A stretch of DNA of 57,439 bases, filler included, from Dugesia japonica (lineage: Eukaryota): the NCBI GenBank assembly GCA_001938525.1. It is 5 parts of 5 records of this genome, joined end to end, with 100 filler letters (N's around TTAATTAATTAA, not from the genome) between each part and the next. Parts side by side here need not be neighbours in the genome. Positions count along the whole stretch, not along the records: positions 48,664 to 57,439 come from MQRL01375581.1; 4 more parts are not named here. One strand, 5' to 3'. Position 1 is the first letter of the stretch. Each line of letters starts with the position of its first letter. The notes under the pieces were generated by a model. The model saw only the letters and a program-made list of their open reading frames with translations. It did not search any database and was not told the origin of the DNA. A program made the position numbers and the translations under genes. Positions 50,870 to 57,439 of this stretch are shown here, in pieces.

Positions 50870-52681
50870 TGTGAGGAAAGTTGAGAGTAAAATCTAATAG
50901 TAAAATAGTGTTTTTATATGTAAAAGTAGAGTAGTGATTAGTCGTCGAGTTTTTAAATAAGATAGATTGTTGGTGAATATTAATTTGGTAATTGCTACTA
51001 TTAGACTGATTATTTTCGATTTATTGTTGCTTTGNATATTGACAGTTACATTCCAAGGCTTGTTCGTGATTATCATTTTAATTTGGATAATTGCTGTACT
51101 TTAAATGTTTGGATTGTTATTTCGTGTAATTGTAAAGCTGTTTTTTGGTAATTATAATTAAGTAATAATTTACTATAGTTGTTACAGATTTGTGCAATGA
51201 TTACTGCTTATTCATCAAATTAATTCTTTAAACTAAATTAATATAATTGGTATCTCTTAATTGTTCAAAAAATTACGGCAGTGGTTCCACTAAAATAGTT
51301 TCAGTGGTCAACATATTCCATCCAATATACAGCTCTATTTGTTTTGCTAACTTATTTTCTTTTCGCTATTTGTGATTTCTCTTTCCCATACTAATATCTT
51401 TCATCAATCTTTATGTTTTGTTACTTTCTTAGCGGAATTTCAAAAATTCCGAGTTTCTTTCATAACATTGCAGTTTCTTCTCTAGGTTTTAATCTTTATT
51501 TTCGNNNNNNNNNNNNNNNNNNNNNNNNNNNNNNNNNNNNNNNNNNNNNNNNNTGCAAGGAAAATTTAAATTTCCTATTATTACTTCGGATTTACTCATA
51601 ACCTAAAGTATTAAAAATATATACGTTAAACAAATCAAAATGTTAACCACAAATTACTATTGTAATTTAATATAATTAAAAATATCAATATCTATTCAAC
51701 TAAATATCAATATAAAAACGATAAAATATACTCAAATAAATAAACTAACCTGTAATATCAAAATAAAAAGATTCTCAAATAAAAATATTTCAATGAAATT
51801 AAAAAAATTACATCTCTGAATACTATCAAACAACACCAAAGAAACAATAAAAAATTAATGAAATTCACCATTATTATTGACCATTCCTCATAATTCTAAT
51901 AATTTTATGTTTTTTAAGTTTGATTTCCGTTTTTAGTTAAATCCTTTCTTCATTTTGTTATTTTTTCTTTTTATTTTATTCTTGATCTGTATTTTAATTT
52001 CATGCCTTCTTAAACAGTTATTTTTCACAAAAGTGATTTTCACTCTGTGGCTTCTCAAGACTATCGCATATTTGCTGTTTGTTATGCTAGTATTTCATAT
52101 TTTCTACTTTATGACGACTATTGCTTTTTGTAACGTCCTAGTAAATTGTTGATTTTTGGATTTTTTTGGAATTTTTAATTACCCACGAATCTTTAACTTT
52201 CTATAATTTTATTTAATATATATTTCTCAATAATTATTTTCTATACTTATAAAAAAAGCCGCAAAACCCCTTTTTACATTGAAACCAACATCAAAGGATA
52301 CCAAAAGAGCTTTTTCTTTGTCTTTCAAATTTTGTAAAAGGGTGCATTGCATCTTTACAAAAATAAATAATTTATTTTCGTAATAAATATTTTATTCCTA
52401 TGAAATTTTATTATAAACTGAAATGATAATATTAATTTAAATATGAATATAATTTATAGTTACAGACGGACTTCAATTTTCGTACGTTCGAATTTCATAC
52501 AATTCACTATTTTGTACTGCAAGGGTTAAAAAATTAAATAATTGAAATTGACAATTGAAAGTTTAAAGAAAGTTTAAAAGATTGAAAATTTCTTTTAAAA
52601 TTTGTTAAAAATAGTTGTTTAAATATTTAGTTTTAAGAAGCATTAAAATATTTTAAGTTTTATTGTAAATGGAACGCTCTC

Positions 52682-53590
52682 ATGAAATCGGGCCCATTTT
52701 CTATAGCAATTGAGGCTTCTCCCAATAGACCTATGTATGACGGGTCCATTTTGGTTGATACTTGGAGATTTACACAAAAGGCATGCACTTACACTATTTC
52801 AGTAGGTTTCAACCTTGGAAACAATACCATTGTCTGCAGAAAGCGCGATTTCCACCATGAGACTCAAGCACATGTTTTTTGTAATTGTAAACCAACCTCA
52901 GCCTTCCAGACTGAACGACACAATGATGTGCTTAAATATCTTGCTAGTTTCTTCAAAACAAATACCAAATTTAGTGTCATTGTCGATCAGACCTGTTAGT
53001 TTGTAAACAGGACTGATCACGTTGATCTTTAGCTAATGGATAAAACTAGAAAGAAGATGATACTTTTAGATGTGAAACCCTGTATGACTGACACGATAAC
53101 ATTAAAGCTGGTAAAGACAGAAACATTGACAAATACACACCTCTCAAGAAAGACATTAAAAGAAACTTACCTATTTGACCAGTCTTCCTTGCCTGGAATC
53201 ATGGTGCGTGGAAGATGAACCTGTGCTTAAATACGCGGAACTTAAAACTGACACTATCAAGAGATTTGTTATTGGTAGTGTTAGATATGTATCGTCTGGT
53301 CCTCGAAGAATTGGCGATTCCATTCCGGACAAGCGTTGTTGGCTGACATAGTTAGTAGTAAAAGCTAAATTCATAACAGCAGCGAGTCTGAGATAGAAGT
53401 AGTCACTTAAGGTTCTTTTCCCCTTGGTCTCTTTATTATTATCATTATTATTATTATTAGCATTCCTCCGTTTTCTTTCTTTTTGTTTTCGTTTGGTAGC
53501 AATTAATCAGGACAAATAATTTAATTAGGCTTTCCCGACTTATGTTTTACTCGGCGTACTAACACGTGTTGTGAAAAAAAACAAAAAAAA
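52682..53590 (+). mobile_element. 3' end of an RLE-type non-LTR retrotransposon (different family) with A-rich tail
   Basis: CRK.DFHHETQAHVFCNC..ERHNDVL zinc knuckle/RHN, HVDL..LLDVK, DKY, FVIGS; A-run at ~53574-53590. Confidence 0.8.
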
Positions 53591-53689
53591 TTAAATGAGT
53601 CAAATAGATTTTACTGAAAATTTATGAGTTACTAACACGTAGACTTCATAGATTTCTGTGTAAATGCTAAGATTATAATCCAGTGCAAT

Positions 53690-54210
53690 AGCATATCTTT
53701 TCTACTTTATATACCGAATACAATTTATAAAAGCTTATTGAATGATGAGAATAAGAATTAGGTTTCTTAATAAAATATATACCAATACCGAATTATATTA
53801 CGAAATAATGTTTAGTCGTAAATCAAGACTAACAATGACTGTATTTGACTTTATAAATCTATACACATGAGAAACAAAAAACCTGCATTGTTCATATGGC
53901 ATCTCACAACAAATACAATTGATTACTTAACTGAACATTAATAATCAAACGAAATCTGAAATGAAAGTAAAGAAATTGAGAATGCACCATCAAAAGTTTG
54001 ACAACAAAAAATTTGATATATAGACAAATTTTTAGTCATAAGGAAAGAATGGGATCTATATGGAGAGCGCATATCTCAAGTCCGAAGAACAATTAAAAAG
54101 ATACATGTTACAGAGCACTTTGTGACGGAAAGAGAAAAAATGGAAGAATTCAATTAACTATCGAAAGTTTATAAAACACCCTAGTACTAAATTTGAATGA
54201 ATATTGTACG
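53690..54210 (+). mobile_element. Possible Mutator-like transposase C-terminal remnant
   Basis: KTNNDC (~53824) resembles the MULE RTNN motif; downstream YRALC. Very decayed. Confidence 0.35.
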
Positions 54211-54896
54211 TATATTGATCGAAAATGAGTCTTTGCTATTGTTTAATTAATTCATTTTTTTACATTTTCAGGATCCAATTATATACAAAGTCGAGGTCCG
54301 CCTATATTTTCAAAAATGCTAAGAATTAAAAAAAGGTATTTTATTGTTATGAACCGGATTTGAATTTTAAACCAATAGGTTCAATGAATTTAGGATTTGA
54401 TTTTGAAGTATCTTAAAATAACGTGATTCATTAAACTTTATTTTTAGTAAAATGTTTTTAAATTCACAGATATTTAATACTAATTATCAAAAATAAAAAG
54501 GATACTAGTCATTTTTCAGAAAAAACGAGTATTTAAAACAAGGTGGTTTTGGAAAATACAATATTTAATTTTTTTTAAGACAAAAAACACAGTTATTACA
54601 GCTTCAAAACAGCTTTTTAATTCAATCTATATGAAACTTACACTCATTATTTTAAATGAATTGGTTTAAGTTATAGAAAAAAAGTTTTATACAATTTCTA
54701 ATGAACAAATAATATTTGAAATTTATTGTTATTAATCAAACTTAAGTTAGACAAATAATAAACAAATTCGCATGTGTTATATCAAAGTTTGTTAGGTCTG
54801 TTTATTTTCAATTAAAATGAAATGTTATTTTAATTTTAAAATGTAGTTTGTTGTTGCTTATATAATAGAGTAAATTTGAAATTAAATTATTCAATT

Positions 54897-55759
54897 ATGT
54901 TATTATATATTTTTACACTTATTTTAACTGTGTGGATTTCAATTTCAAAATGTGATGTTACTCCAGCTCAACAAAAACAATTGATTGATAGTCATAATGA
55001 TTATCGTCGAAACGTGGCTCAAGGAAAAGTTAATGGTCAACCTGAAGCTGCAAATATGTTAGAATTGGTAAGATATTTTATAAAAGTTTTTTGAATGATG
55101 GGAATAAGAATTTGCTTTCTTAATAAAATTAAATTTCTCCGTTAAATTGTAATAAATGATATCTAAACATACCAGAATAAAGAAAATTTAAATCAAGGTT
55201 AAATTCCAAAATGAAATTTTATAAATTTTCATCATTAGTTCATTTTAAAATATAAATTTATTTATTATAATCAGTAAATTTACTAAACACAAAAACTATC
55301 AAACAAAATTACAATATATAAAAAATTGTTTTGTCGAGTAAAATTTCCTTAATTATTTTATTATTTATTTAAATTTTAAAAACTTAAATGAAATAAATTT
55401 TGGTTATTAAAAACTTATGGTAAAATCAGAATAAAGATTCAATAAAGCAAACGATTATTAATATTGTAGAATATTAATATTGTAGAAATGGAGTGCTGAA
55501 GCCGCTAGTAAGGCACAAAAATATGTGAACCAATGCAAATTCGGACATGACCAAGGTAGTGCAAGGAAATATGGAGGTCATCAGTGGGTAGGACAAAATA
55601 TTGCTTACTGGCATAGTGATGATGCTACTGAGTAATTTTTATTCATTTTTCACAATTATTATTTTTGTAAGGGGTGTAAAGATGTGGTTCGATGAAGTGA
55701 AAGGTTATACTTTCAAAACGGAGAAATGTAGTGTTAAAACCTGTTTGCATTATACTCAG
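54897..55759 (+). CDS. Secreted CAP/SCP/TAPS (venom-allergen-like) protein, exons 1-3; 3' exon(s) not found in this window
   Basis: Exons 54897-55067, 55486-55631 and 55672-55759 with GT-AG introns in phases 0, 2 and 0 give: signal peptide + HNDYRR..QPEAANMLEL/KWSAEAA..AQKYVNQCKFGHD..VGQNIA../GVKMWFDE..C..CLHYTQ. No stops. Confidence 0.93.
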
Positions 55760-56159
55760 GTAGGAATTGTATTTATTATAAATCATATTTAGTTTCATTG
55801 ATAATGATTATTTTAATTTATATTAAAAAAAGCTAACAATTCTAGGAGATTGACTGGCCATAAAATAATAACTGAGATTAAATTAATCGATAAAATTTTA
55901 TAATAAGCTTTTTTATTTTGAAATATTTGATAGCGATATGAGGAGAGGAAAATAAAAAAATTGTAAATCAACATTTGATAATGAATAGAAATTAGTTTCT
56001 CTTTAAACATATTTTGAATTTTGCTTGCTTAACTCTTTTTAGGCGGGAAAATTCTATTAATTTCAGATATCAGACCGGTTTTGCAACCGAAGTTGTTTCG
56101 ATTATTATTTTTTTAATGAAAGTTTTTTGAAACAAATATTTTTTTATCCCTCTAAGAAA

Positions 56160-57150
56160 AAATTATTTCTATTACAAATTTTTTTTTAAGATTTCAGCTT
56201 TGAATTTTTTGAAAATTAAAATTATTTTTAAAAATTAAAATTATTTTTAAAAATTAAAATTATTTTTAAAAATAAAATTATTTTTAAAAATTAAAATTTT
56301 AAAAATTTTAATTTTTTATATGAAATTTTTTTAAAAATCAAAAGTAAAATAAAAAATAAATTAAAATTATTATAAAATTTAAAATTATTAAAAGTTTTGT
56401 AAATAAAAAAAATATTAAATATTAAGAAAATATTATTTGTATTACAAACTTTTTTTAAGATTTCAGATTTGATTTTTTCGAGAATTAAATTTTAATTTTT
56501 TAATAAGAAAAATTTTTTAAAATAAAGTTAAATTTTTAGAATAAATTTTTAAGATATTATTAGAAGTTTTAAATATAAAAAAATGATTTAAAAAAAGTAT
56601 TTTTTAAAATTAAAAAAAAGTTATTTTTTATGTCAAATTTTTAAATGAGTAAGATAAAATTTAAAATTAATAATTAATAAAACAAACAATTTTTTAAATA
56701 TTTTTTAGCCAATTTTTTGAAAATTAAAAATATTCATTTAAACTTTTGTAAAAATAAAATAATTTAAAATTAATAATTCATAAAAATTTTAAAAATATAA
56801 AAAATATTTAATTTTTTGTTATGAAAAAATTTTCAAAATAAATAAAAAAAATTGCGATGTGAAAAATTAAAAATTTCAAGTATAAAAATTACTTTTAAAC
56901 AAAAATTTTTTTTTAAAATGAATATTTAATAAAAAAAATTAGTTTTTTAAAAAATAAAATAATTTAAAATTAATAATTTATAAAAATTTTAAATATTTAA
57001 AAAATATTTAATTTTTTGTTATTAAAAAATATTTCAAAATAAATAAAAAAATTGCGATATAAAAAATTAAAAAATTTCAAGTATAAAAAATACTTTTAAA
57101 CAAAATATTTTATTTTAAAATTAATAATTAATAAAAAAAATTAAATTTTT
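56160..57150. repeat. Extremely AT-rich tandem duplications (20-bp x~4 at ~56212-56300; ~200-bp x2 at 56751/56951), presumably inside CAP intron 3
   Basis: Direct reading. Confidence 0.8.
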
Positions 57151-57439
57151 TAAAAAATAAAAATTTCAGTTTTTTAATTTTTTTTTAAATATTAAAATTT
57201 AATTTTTTATATTTAATAAATATTTTATGGATTCAAATATTCTTTTAAATTCAATGGTGACCGTCGTGGACTCACCTAACTATTCTAATGAAATCTGAAA
57301 TGCGATCAATGGTTAATTATTCTCGCAATAATTGTAATAATAAAAATCAAATTGATTTTAATATTTTGAATATTTAATTTTAAATATTCAATAATTTGGA
57401 TTTCGATATATTTAAATGAAAGCAAAAAGAATAGTCGGA

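Noticed and set aside
51295-51350. RAVYWMEYV resembling a UDP-glucuronosyltransferase C-terminal motif (minus strand)
   Set aside because: Flanked by stops, with no other UGT motif or splice structure; likely chance or TE debris.

Overview
Very AT-rich eukaryotic (animal) genomic DNA. The CAP/venom-allergen-like gene and the 40-50 nt introns suggest a flatworm such as a triclad planarian, but this is inference. The window is not one locus: four artificial 100-nt spacers (44 N + TTAATTAATTAA + 44 N) join five unrelated scaffolds (1-12531, 12632-26552, 26653-36149, 36250-48563, 48664-57439). Most of it is a transposon graveyard: five decayed Ty3/Gypsy pieces, three RLE-type non-LTR retrotransposon pieces, piggyBac, hAT, Mutator and Tc1/IS630 remnants, two clean MITEs, and a Polinton/Maverick end with a decayed protein-primed DNA polymerase B. 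The only convincing host gene is the 5' part (3 exons) of a secreted CAP/SCP protein. Most interesting observations: (1) an intronless, frameshifted, virus-sized Bcl-2-like ORF (BH1- and BH2-like motifs) in what looks like mobile-element cargo; (2) five related Polinton-type termini (AGTAGRT...), four of them followed by a different palindromic or minisatellite subterminal array, one being a dense AP-1-like/Sox-like site cluster; (3) an LTR-less Gypsy core lodged in register in one of those minisatellite arms. All protein-family calls come from reading motifs by eye, not from database searches, and many remnant boundaries are approximate.
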